A stretch of 62,983 nucleotides of DNA, the filler included. It is 10 parts of 10 records of this genome, joined end to end, with 100 filler letters (N's around TTAATTAATTAA, not from the genome) between each part and the next. Parts side by side here need not be neighbours in the genome. Positions count along the whole stretch, not along the records: positions 44,690 to 50,599 come from SRR15195285_283; positions 50,700 to 58,855 come from SRR15195285_286; 8 more parts are not named here. One strand, 5' to 3'. The position numbers were made by a program, and so were the translations under genes. Under the pieces are notes generated by a model. It did no database searches and was not told where the DNA came from. It saw nothing but the letters and a program-made list of their open reading frames with translations. Position 1 is the first letter of the stretch; each line of letters begins with the position of its first letter. Of the stretch, positions 46,159-57,400 are shown one piece after another.

Positions 46159-48544
46159 CTATGGACACTCGGTCCCTTTGCAGTCCTTGACAGCCGCTAG
46201 CATCGACGAAAGAGCATTCTTCTCCGCTGCCGACAGGCTGGTGTACAGGTCCTTTGTTTGCCACGGATCGAGAGCACAGTCGTAGTAGCTTGCGCCTTTT
46301 GCTCCTGGCTCTGGGCTGGACGGCCCGTTGCCTGCGCCAGTGTACTCCACGTACATAGCATCGACCACCTTGCCCTGCAATGGATGATGTTTCATTCGAA
46401 GACCCGAGTAGTCTCTGTAATTGTTGGCGCCCACTTCAGGGCCAGTCACTTCTGTCTCATCATCCGTGTACTTTGCAAAAACCGCTTCGCCTAAGGACGG
46501 GACGTCTGCACGAATCACCATATGTCAGGGTCGGGCAGAGTAGCACTGAACAGAAGACTTTTGTCAATCGGGTGGACGCGACAGCTGTTGCCAGTTGTTC
46601 TGGACTTACAGACATCATGCCTCGTGTCGTCTTCAAGCGTCGTGACTCCTGATGACAGCTTGCATCGATGCTGGCCGGTGTGACCACCTCCGCCGGGATG
46701 TGGAGTGTACTCGACGCAATCGCATCCCTTAGTCGCCAGGCAGAGCGCTTCACACGCTGCAAGCGTCTGGTTTGTCCCAATTCCATTCAGCTTCTGGCCT
46801 GGCCCGCACTTTTTGCCGGGATGCGGACAGAACTGTCCTTTCTTCGCAGCGCAGGCGAATGGTGTTGGCGGCGCAGGTGGCGGTGACGGTCCGCTTGGGG
46901 CTCTAACCCCACAGCTATGCCCTTCTCCATGGCCAGCTTCACATGACTGATAACCTTCCTGCAGCGTGTAGGTTCGAATTGTCTTTGCATTGCCTAGCAT
47001 CAGTGGAACCAAGCTCTTGCCATCAATCGGAGGTGCTGTCGGAGACGGCGTTGCTCCAGCCAGCTGTGCCCATGTCGGGGCGAAGTCGTAATTTGCAGAC
47101 ATGCTGTCAATTGTTGAATGGGGTGCGATGCCCGGGCCAGACACAATGAAAGGCACGTTGATGTCCGTCTGGTAGATTTCTCGTTTGCCAGGTGGCATAC
47201 GATGTTGACCCAGGTGGTAACCGTCTGTGCAGCCGACGTAGCGTTCAGTATACCCTCTATGCAGGTGTGGGCAGGCGCCATATCCATGTGTAGAAGGGCT
47301 GGGGCTACGTACTATCACATGTAAAGAAGAAATAAGTGTTGTCCTCCACATTGAGAGCTGTCACTTCGTCAAGCAGGTGGCCGATCATTTCGTCGATCGC
47401 TAGCAGTGCCTCTGCTCGTGACTCGTAGATGCTGTCCATTTGACTGGCGTTGACGACCGGCAAATGGGCGAGGTTCCCCGGCAAGAGCTGCTGCAATGCA
47501 TCCGGCAGATTGAACGCTGGATCCTGTGGTTGCTTCAAGCCCGCGAGTGTGCCTTTGTGGCGCGGAGCTGGGGTGTAAGGTGCGTGCGGAGCGTGGGGCG
47601 TGAGGAACATGAAGAATGGCTTGGTCTTGTCATGTGTCTGACGCATCCAGGCGAGGCTGATGTTGGCAATTATGTCGGTCTGGTAGTTGTCCTTGGGATA
47701 CACCTTCGTTACGCCGTTGATATTCACCGCCGTGCCAAAGAAATCCACTGTTTGAAACCCGTAGAAGCTGGACCAGCCCGGTGGCACGTAACGTGCCCAC
47801 TTGTTTGGGCCGTTTGCGTGGTACCCGTTCATGTACTTGCCGGCAAGCATGGTGTCGTAGCCCGCATGCTGCAGCCACACGTTGACAGTCCGCGCTTCCG
47901 CGAGTGGATGAAAGGTGGACGTGTTGAGACGACTATTGTCGGTCAGGCCATGGTTGTGAGGGAAGGTACCGGTCAGGATGGCTGCTCTGCTGGGCGAACA
48001 CAAAGGGTCTGACGGGCAGCCAATTTTGTTCAGCCGCCTGCCAGTAAACAGTGCTGCAGAGTCACAGCAGCAAGTAGTACGGATTGCAAGAGACGTACAT
48101 GCCAGGTAATAGTTTGTGAACAGAGCACCCTTGGCGCGAACGCGAGTGTTCAGGTTGGTCATGTGAGCAACTCCAACTGCAGGGTCGTAGCCATTGAGCA
48201 ACGCGTCCTGGTCGTCCTGTCAACACCGCGGCAAGGGTCAGGCAGTGGCAGCCGTTGTGTTGCTGCAGGTGAAATGCTTGTAGTCTAGCGTGGCTCGAAA
48301 CATCCCAGAGGCGGCATGCTCTCGACAGTCCAGCCGGAGCTGTCAGATGAAAGGCCCCCCCGGGCTGCAGATTCAGTCATCAGCGCTGGAGTACGATAAA
48401 TGTCGGTACTGACATGTTCTAAGGTAGGGGGTTGGTGCGCAGTTTTTGAAAGCGTACCGTCAGTACAAAGAGAATATTCGGTTTAGCCAAAGCTGACGTA
48501 GCAATCGCCATCGAGGCTACAGCGGCGACCAAGTGGAGCGCCAT
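46159..48544 (-). CDS. N-acetylglucosamine-6-sulfatase/SULF-like S1 sulfatase with signal peptide and PAN/Apple-like insert, multi-exon
   Basis: MALHLVAAVASMAIATSALAKPNILFVLT|DDQD, CSPSRAAILTG, GKYMNGY, PFFMFL.PHAPHAP.TPAPRH, YHLGQHR...GKR..Y..DI.VPF...GPGI and DPWQ..L. Confidence 0.92.
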
Positions 48545-48936
48545 ATGTCTCCCGCTACGTATGTAGGGACTACCGCCGGGCTCTCACTCGTTCGTTTGCC
48601 GGCGCGCGCGATTGCGGCTGCTGCGCGCGCGCGGGCCGCGCGGCGGCCGCGGTCGTCGGTGGCACATGCGTATTTGTATATGGCCGCTTAGCTCCGTGGC
48701 CGCTTAGCTCCGGTACGCCGCGCCGCGTACACGTACCGTAAATACGTCGCCGATAGAGTACCGATAATTATACTAGTACTACTATTCGAAGGACCCTATT
48801 CGAATAGTATGTACCTGCATGGTATACGTAGTGGCTAGTGCATGCTAGCTTATTGTACGCGTACGCGTGCCGCGCCCGGCGCCGGCGGCGCCGCGCGCGG
48901 CACGCACTCCTGGGCCGCTGGCAACGAAAGTATAGT
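48545..48936. promoter_or_regulatory. Putative bidirectional promoter between the sulfatase and the GHL15/GH168-like gene
   Basis: 392 nt between divergent ATGs. GC-rich arms flank an AT-richer core. Direct repeat TGGCCGCTTAGCTCCG x2 and inverted repeat TACTATTCGAA/TTCGAATAGTA. Confidence 0.55.
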
Positions 48937-50211
48937 ATGCGCTGCGTCACTGCGTTTGCACTGGGCTCCCTGCTGAGTCTGGCTTCCGCGCTGCCACCAT
49001 TCTCGTGGGAGAAGTTACCGCTCTACGTCCACTGCGCTAATCAGACTGGCCCACTCAGTCCTACATTCCGTGCGCGCGCAGCAAAGACGACGTTCGTCAC
49101 GCTGGAAAAATGGCACTGCCTGGACTGTGCCCCTAAGAACCATGGCGCCGAGGGAAAGATGGAGGCGGAGGGCAAGCGGCTCAAGGCGCTGAACCCAAAG
49201 CTCGAGGTCGTCATGTACTTCGCTGCAGACCTCGCCCGAACGTGGTATGATGTTGGAGTGTGGTTCGATGAGCATCCTGAGCTCGAACTGAGCTGCAATG
49301 GCAAGCCAGTGATTGAGCAGGGGTTCCATGCCTTTGACTATTCGCAACCTGCAGCGGTGGACCGATGGGTCGAAACGTACACGGATGCAGTTGCTACAGG
49401 CTATATCGACGGAGCGTTCGTGGACGGCCTAGCGACGGACGCTGGCTGGCGTGCTCGCTGGCTGAAGGGCTGCAATGCCTCGCACCAGACGGCGTTCCTC
49501 AAAGGTGTCGCAGCTGCACAGCAGCAGCTCGGACAGAAGCTTGGCCCTGATCGACTGGTGTTTGCAAATATGGGACCAATGCGTCCTGGGAACAACGCTC
49601 AGATGATTGAGTTCTTCAAACCCGGTGTGTGCGTGGCCTGGCTGTGCTATCCGAACGGCCTTTGCTCTAGGACATAGAGTGCCGGCCCGCGCATCGATCT
49701 GAGCGCCTGACCACTATCTGTGTTTTGCCTACAGACTCCAAGAACATTGAGATGTTATCGAGCCTTGCCCCTCACTATGTCGAGGTGCATTCATACAATA
49801 AGACAGTCGCCGGTTTCAACGCCACTCTCGCCGGGTTTCTGATTGGTGCCCAGGCGAATGCCTTCTGGAATCTGGGGCCGGGGGCGTGGCAGTGTGATGA
49901 TTGGGACGTGCGTGCGCTGCATCGTTCTTGACTGCAGGGGCAGCCAGTGTTGCCGATTAACTGATGCTCATTGTTCGTCTTGGTTTGATGGTTATGCAAC
50001 AATGTGGTGTGTGGTGGGAGGTCAGGTATGGCACGTCGAATACGACAAAGCCCTCGGCGCGCCCGTGTCCAATGCGACAGTAGATGGAGGCAAGTACAAT
50101 CGGAAGTTTTCCAGTGGCACTACAGTCGACCTGGACGTCTCAGGTGGAGAGGGACAGGAGCTCTCTTGCATTCGCTGGAGTGATGGCTACACCACAGGCA
50201 ATGCTTGCTGA
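48937..50211 (+). CDS. Secreted GHL15 (PF14885)/GH168-like glycoside hydrolase, 3 exons
   Basis: Signal peptide MRCVTAFALGSLLSLASA. PPFSWEKLPLYVH, FVTLEKWH, LKALNP...MYF, IDGAFVD, QMIEFF, LAGFLIGA and EYDKALGAP...YNRKF.SGT.V. Introns at about 49625-49734 and 49908-50026. Confidence 0.72.
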
Positions 50212-50488
50212 GACAAGCGGCAAGATCAACGACAACGCGTCCACGCCGTTCCATGGCATGGCGCGTTCAATGATGTACAATCATGTAGTCTCGGCCGTTT
50301 GTTTGCCAGGTATTTCGGTGGCATTCTAGATGATCATAGTATGGCATTTCTATGTACTTTCGTAAGGACTGATGGTTTCCGCAGTACACTATTCGGTGCG
50401 GCAATGTACTGGAATCTCGTATGAATTATCAGCAAAGTGAAGGCACGCAGTGTCAAATCGGCAATCTTGAATGCAGTCTAAAATTCCG

Positions 50489-50555
50489 CATACTGCGCAT
50501 CCTGCATACTGCGCATACTGAGTGACTCTGGCTACTGAGTGACTCCGGCCACTCA
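50489..50555. repeat. Short direct repeats (CATACTGCG-like and ACTGAGTGACTC x2)
   Basis: Visible tandem units near contig end. Confidence 0.5.
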
Positions 50556-50599
50556 TTTCTCCCACTCTCCCCCTTGTCCCCGAGTCCTGAGACAAGGCA

Positions 50600-50699
50600 N
50601 NNNNNNNNNNNNNNNNNNNNNNNNNNNNNNNNNNNNNNNNNNNTTAATTAATTAANNNNNNNNNNNNNNNNNNNNNNNNNNNNNNNNNNNNNNNNNNNN
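50600..50699. other. Artificial contig spacer
   Basis: N44-TTAATTAATTAA-N44. Confidence 0.99.
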
Positions 50700-50743
50700 C
50701 AGAGCTGCTAGCACTAGCTGAGCAAGATGAAGGGTTAGAAGGC

Positions 50744-51373
50744 ATGGACACACCATTGAGAAAAGATTCATCATTTGAGGAAGAGGAGGAGCTGGCTATG
50801 ATAGATGAGAGATCAGCATTGCTTGCCTCGGGAGCGGCGCGCCGTGCAGCACTGGCTTGCCTTGACGTCGGGGCTGTCGCGTCGATACGCGCCAGCTACA
50901 GCCATGGGGACACTACTGCTACACCAATGGACGAATGCAGCGCTGCAGTATCCGGGCGCCTCTCGGACACCCCGGAACACTCCGGATGCGCATGGGACTG
51001 GCAACCGAGAGACTTCCATCGAGAAAGAGGCGAATTGCAGTCACAGATCATAGCCAAACAGATCATAGCCAACACACCGCGCAAAGACTTGCTCCCACTG
51101 CTGAAGAGAGTGCTGAGTGCCGAAGATTTTGATGCCGTGCTGCGAGTGCAACAATGTCACCATGAACGACATATGCGACTGCAGATGGGGCGCCGGGCCG
51201 AGCGGGAGTGCCCGGCATTGCAGACACATGCATGTTCGAATCTTGGCAGCGGCGATGGTGTGCACGTGACGCGCAGCGGCAGCCAAGGTGGAATATCTAT
51301 GCGCGGGGCGCAGCGCCCTCGGTTAGGAGTAGCGGGTGCGTTCGGCGGACCTGTTGTAAGGCTCTTCAGATAA
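50744..51373 (+). CDS. Hypothetical protein (possibly a 3' fragment; may have a small last exon near 51421-51456)
   Basis: 209-aa ORF with ATG, a GTAAGG donor near its end, and no recognisable domain. Confidence 0.4.
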   Translation: MDTPLRKDSSFEEEEELAMIDERSALLASGAARRAALACLDVGAVASIRASYSHGDTTATPMDECSAAVSGRLSDTPEHSGCAWDWQPRDFHRERGELQSQIIAKQIIANTPRKDLLPLLKRVLSAEDFDAVLRVQQCHHERHMRLQMGRRAERECPALQTHACSNLGSGDGVHVTRSGSQGGISMRGAQRPRLGVAGAFGGPVVRLFR

Positions 51374-51478
51374 GCAACGTGACTTTAATTGAGACGCTTT
51401 CGATTACTTGCTGCATGTAGCGGTCATCCAGCATGGACCTACTGCCGGTATGGTAAGCGAAGAGCAGAATTGCGCACA

Positions 51479-54400
51479 TCAGATGTTTTGTTGCTGATCC
51501 TTCTTCTCGGTAGCCCGCCGTGCCTTTTCGAGCAAACGCGGCGTATCAGAGCTTGCCTGCACGTAACCAGATGCTTCCCCACGCCGCACACGTGCCCACG
51601 CAATCGCCATTCGGCCCTCGTCGTCGTCGTCAGGGCTCGGGTTGCCGCTGTCACGAAGCAAATCCTCATCATCGACCATCCGTGCTGCCAAGTGGCTATC
51701 ACTGCCGGAAGCAAGGATCTCTGACTCGTCGCTAATTGGGCTGATGGGCGAGGCGAGTCCATCCATGGCATCCGCCTTCGCCCGCTCGAGTTCTTGCTCA
51801 AGCGTGGAAAAGCTAGAGCTCTGCTCCATTCCGAAAGCGGATGACATGCCATCTGCAGACTGAGAATCGTCGTGGCGCGCCTCAGCGATCTGAGCTTCGG
51901 CATTTCCCAAGCGTTTTCGCAGCTCAGCCAGGGCTTGCTGCTCCTCATCATCGAGCTCTTCGATGTAATCTTCCTCGTCCTCCTCTTCCTCAGTGTCTTC
52001 CACGCCTAGGACCTGCTCATCCTCGCCTTGGTCGGTAGCTGTCAATGTTCCAGCACCCCGCGCGCCTGGCGTAGTGGCTCGAGTACGCACAGGACTACCT
52101 TTGGAACTGCTGTTGCTGACGGGAGACCGGGGAGAGAGGCTGCTGCCGCGCGTTTGGCCCGACCGAGATTGAGCACGAGTGTTGGCACTCGCCGATCTTC
52201 CCACCCTAATCGGCCCAGGAGACTTCGCGCTGCGAATGCTAAGTGACTCACCACCTACGTTTCTCGTTGTGCTGACGGCACTTGCCTTCTTCCGCCGCAC
52301 ACTCTGAGCCTTGGCCTTTGGTCGTGCTGATGCTGACTTGTTGCCGCTTGCGGTCGCGCTCAGTCGTTGCACAGCCTTCTGCTCAGCCTGCAACTGCCTC
52401 GGCGTAACGCTCGGACTCGGGCCAGGGGTGGATTTGGTCATGACCCGAGCCTTCGCCGGTGTGCCGTTGCCCTGAAGTCCGAGAGGCTTCGCTCCGTGGC
52501 TCATGATGCGTACTTCCATCCGTCCACTGTATCCCTGTGGATCCTGGCCCTGACGACCAATCAGAGCAGCATCAGATGGCTTTGGTGTCCACGGATCACC
52601 TTCTACCGGTTGCTGACCTGGCCGCCTCGGGACGTTGGCGACATGTCCCCGTTCCTTGCGCGCACTGCGACGCTTCTTCTCGCTCAACTTCTCGGCGCGA
52701 TTTTGTGCGTCAGCGAGACTTTGCTGCAAACCAGACAAGCTAGCTTCTGCCCTCCACGTGCTCTGCATTGCATCGAGCTCTTCTCGGTGCGAATCTTCCA
52801 AACCTTTTACTTTTGTAACCGTCTCCAATCGCAGTTGATGCATCATCACTTCGAGGGCAGCCTCATTTTCGCGCTGCATATCTGCAATCTTTGTTTCACT
52901 ATCCCGAACAACTTCAGCGAGAGCAACTTTGTCTGCTGCCTCCAGAGCCGCGTGCCGCTCACGCCACTTAATCTCTAGAGTACATGCCGCCCCACCTAGA
53001 GCAACAGAATCGGTTATCCGTGCGATTTCTGCAGATCGTCGTGCCGCCGCACTCTCGGCCTGTAGCACCTGCACTGCTGCCGCGTGGTTATCTGCTGACG
53101 CCACTTGCGCAGCTTCCATAGCGTCCACCGACCGACGGTTCGATGCTTGCACCTCCGCCAACCTGCTTGCACTCGCCTGCATAGTTTCTATATGCGTGGC
53201 TTCAATTCTGGCAAGTTCCTCTCTATGTGTCTGCACAAGGGCATCTTTCTCTTCTTTGAAAGCCGACTTGTTGATCTCCAACTGCTCTTCCAGCTCTGCA
53301 ATCTTCGCCATCTTGTCTTCTACCTCAGCCAAATGTCGATTGGCACGGCCTTCTGCTTGCTCGAGGGCAGTCTTCAGCACTTTGTGCTCGTCAACGGCGT
53401 CCTGTTGTTTTGTGGCTACGCTGTTTTTCTCCTCGACCTCCTGTGCGTGCGCGGAACGGAAGTGATTCGCCTCTGCTTCTGCTCGTCGCACGCGAGCCTC
53501 CATCTTCGTGATCTCTCCCTCGTGTTTTGCAGCCGCGGTCGCACTTGCAGACTCCATAGCGGCAATAGACCGCTTCATGGCAGCCTGGACATCAGCAAGC
53601 CAAGCTGCTTTCTGCTCTTCTGACTTGCTCTTGGCTGCCGTGTGAGTGTCTTTGAGGCTTTGCAGTTCCTCTACGTGTTCATCTCTGCATGTGCGCAGGG
53701 CAGACTCGGCCTCTGCCTGCTGAGCTGCAAATTCAGAACGCAAATTTTCTACTTGCTCTGAGTGTTTGGCTGCAGTTGCTTCAAGCTCTCTAGCTGCGCT
53801 CGACCCGGCATCCGCCAGCTCTTTCTGGTGTGCTTGCTGCATCGACTGACTCATCTGTTTTGCCTCCGTGTCAATTTCTGCCGCCCGGGTGTACAACTTC
53901 ATCTCATTGTCAGCGGCCGCTTCCATACAGCGTGCGTGCTCCGCCAAGAATGATACGCGAACATCCTTCGTGCTCCGCTTGGCGTGTGCCACCCGAAAAT
54001 TGGTTTGAATCCTTGCAGCAGCGATAGCTTGTGCGAGCTTCAGTTCAGCTCTTGCTTGCGCACGCTCCAGTTCAACTTCGATCTCTATCCGCCTTTGCAT
54101 TGCAACCTCACTCTCGGCTTTTGCCTCGCGCATTTCTTGTACGGTCGCTTCCAATTGCTCAGCGTGAGTTGTTGCTGTAGAACGAACCTGCGATGTTAAC
54201 TTCTCACGCAGTGCTGCCATTTCCTTCTCGGCCTGCTGACTTGCAGCCTCTATCTTTTGTGCAGCAGCATCTCGTACCTGCTGGATTGTCGCCTCTGTCA
54301 TCTCTTCATACGCAGCCATATCGGCCGCCTGTTGGGCTGCTGCCGCTGCAGCGATCCCTGCAGCCGCTGCTACATTCGAGTCCTGCAGGTCCTCCAGCTC

Positions 54401-57400
54401 AGCTGCATGCTGTCCGCGCGCGTCTTGTAGCTCGGTGTGAGCTCTGACCACTTCCAACCGCTGCGCTTCACAGTCTCTCCGAATTGCATCAAGTGTTGCT
54501 TCATGCTGCTCAGTAGCAGCACGTGCTGAAGATTTTGCTGCATCCAATGCAGCCGCATGCGCCAGCTTGACCTGCTCCATCGCCTCAGCAGTCTGCTTGG
54601 CTGTTTGCTCCTCGGCAGCACTGTGGTGCGCCTGCATCTCTTCCAAATGTCTCGCATTCTGCATAGTCATTGCATGAAGCTCCTGTTCGCAGGTCATTTT
54701 GGTTGATGTTATCTCTGACTGCAAGGACTGCTTCTCCAGACGATGCACGTTCGTGAGCTGCTCAATCTCCGAAGCAGACTGTGCACGTAAAGCAGCCATC
54801 TCGGTCTGGTGGTGTTTAGCCATCTCGGTCGCAATGTTGTGTGCTTCTGCTAGTGCACTTGCCGTCTCTTCTGTGACTGTTGAGAGACTAGTTTTGAGTT
54901 CTATTGCTTCCTCAGTGCTAGCCGAATGACTCTTGCGAAGCTCTACTGCCTCCATCTCGAGTTCTTGTCGACGCCTGGTCTCCAGTTCGATGACTTCCTT
55001 CGCTGATTCCAACTCTCCATCCAGCGCAGCTAACTTGCGCGCGTACTCGTTAGCATCAGTCCGAATTTCCAAGGTCAGTTGGGAACGTAATGACTCTAGG
55101 TCAGTATTACTGCGTTCACGCAAATCTTCCATTTCGGTGGTCAACTTCGTTCTCGATTGATTCATCGTTGCCTTCATGGAATTGGTCAGCGTTGACATCT
55201 CCAGCACATGCCTGGCTTCCGCTGTTGCACTGGCGTGCTCGAGTTCTGCTTCATGTGAATTGGACAGTTCGGCGAGCTCACGCGCGCTCGTGTTGCGCAC
55301 CTCTTGGCATTCCTCGCGCAGCCGCAGCACCTCCTGCCGAACAGTCTCGGTGGTCTGCCTCAACACCTTTATTTCAGCTGCGTGCTGCTCTTCCTTGACA
55401 GCCGCTTGTTGTCGAGCAGATTCAACGGCAGCAAGGTGGAGTCCCTGTGCATGTTCTAACCGTCTTGCCGCTTCCTCAGCTGCCTCAAACTGTTCAGCGC
55501 CATTGCGTGCCTGCATCTGTTGCAGCTCGCGCGCTGTAGTCGTCATAGTGTCGTGCTTGTCCTTCTCCGCATTGGTCTTAGCGGTGTCCAGCTCCAAGCG
55601 TAGCCTACGGATCTCTGCTTTGTGGTTCCGTTCCAGTTCCCCAATCTCCGTAGTACTCGTCGTTCTGAGCGCTAGAATCTCAACACTGTGATGTTTAGCC
55701 ATTTCCTCAGTCGTGCGCTGAGCATCTGCGACAGCTTCTGTGGCGGCGTATGCAAGCTCAACTGACATAGCAGCCTCGTGCGAGAGATGATCGCGGTCCA
55801 CCAACGCGAGCTGTTCTAAGCTGTCCTTGTCAGACTCAGTCTGTAATCTGAGGCTTGTCTCCGTCTCGATCACCTCCTGTGCCATTCTGAGTTCTTCCTT
55901 TATGCCAGCGATCTCTTTCGCGTATTCTGCTGCCTTGGTACGAAGCTCAAGTGAAAGCTCAGATCGGACGGCCTCAACTTCGTCTACTCTGCGATTATGC
56001 AGCTCATCGATTTTAGCAGCCATGTCGGTCCGCGATTGCTGGCTGGCCGCCTCCAACTCGCTTCGTAGCTCTGTCAGCTCCACCTGACGCTTGCCGTCAG
56101 CAGCTGCAAGTGCGTGCCTTAAGGCTGCTTCGTGTGACGATGTTAGATCAGTATGCGCTTGACGAGACTCCTCCAGCTCAGCACGAAGCCGGGTTGCTTC
56201 CGTTCTGGCAAGCTCTAAGTCTCCCTGGATTTGTCTAATTGTCAAAGCCTGATCGTTTGCAGCCGCTGCCGCAGCAGTCCGTGTCATTTCAAGCTCTCGC
56301 TCTGCGTTCGCCTGATGACTTCTAAGCTCTTGCTCTGCCAACTCCTTTGCTTGCTCAACTGAAGCATGCAGAGCACGCTGTTCAGTTGAAAGTTCAACAG
56401 CGTGCTTCGCGGCGGACGCCGCGACAGCGCCAACAACAGCTGCATCTTGAGTCTCGGCAGACTCTTTGGCCACGCGTGCAAGCTGTGCTCTTTGGGCAAT
56501 CAGGTCCTGATCACTCTGTTGGAGCTCCGCCTTCAACTTCTCTATCTCACCCTCAGCGCCGTGTAGTAACTGCTGCGTAGCGGCCAGCTTCTCTTGCGCG
56601 TGGGTTGCGTCAGCAGTCGCTGCCGCTCGTTGCCTGCTCTCTGCCACCAGCTGTGCTTCCACCGCTTTGATTCTCTCAGCTGCGCGGGTTTTCTCCATCC
56701 GCGCGAGCATCTCTGTGCGCTGGCGCATCAGCTCAGCTTGTCGTGAGTCAAGGTCGCTGCGTGCACCCTCACTCTTCTGCGATGCACATTTCACACAGAA
56801 GGGTGCCGTGCTAGCTGTAAGGCCTGGAGTGGCTCCAGCGGCTTGGCCCTCGCTTGTCTGCTCCCGTGTGTGTGTCAAGTTGACTTCTTCTGCCAACTGC
56901 CCCTTGATGAGTTCAAGCTCGGCGTTTCGATGTTCCATCGCTGATGCATGAGTGGCTGCAGTGCTTGCCAGCTGTGCACGCAGTTCTTCCACTTGTGCAG
57001 CTAGCTCCAGCGCAAGCGCCTCCTTCGCCTCCCGTTCCTGCTCAGCAGCAGACAGAGCACGCGCGTGTCTCTCCGCGCTTTGGTCTGCATCGCGTCCCGA
57101 TGCTGATTCTGAAGCCTCTAGCCGTGCCTGCAGCACACTCTGCTGCTGCAGCAGTTTTTCAGCTTCGCTGGCTGCGCGAGTTTTCTCAGCCATCAACTGC
57201 TCTGCGAGCTCCGCTGCACGAGCTTCCTCCGCCTCCAAATCGCGTTGCACAGCGGCCAGATCATGGTCAGGTCTCGGGCTTGGGCCAAGATCCACCATCG
57301 CCTGTAGCTCCGTGATGAGAGCCTGCTGCGCATCAAGCTCCAGCTGCAGAGTCAGCTTCAGTTGCTTCTCTACAGCCAAACCCTTCTGCACTTCTGCTAG

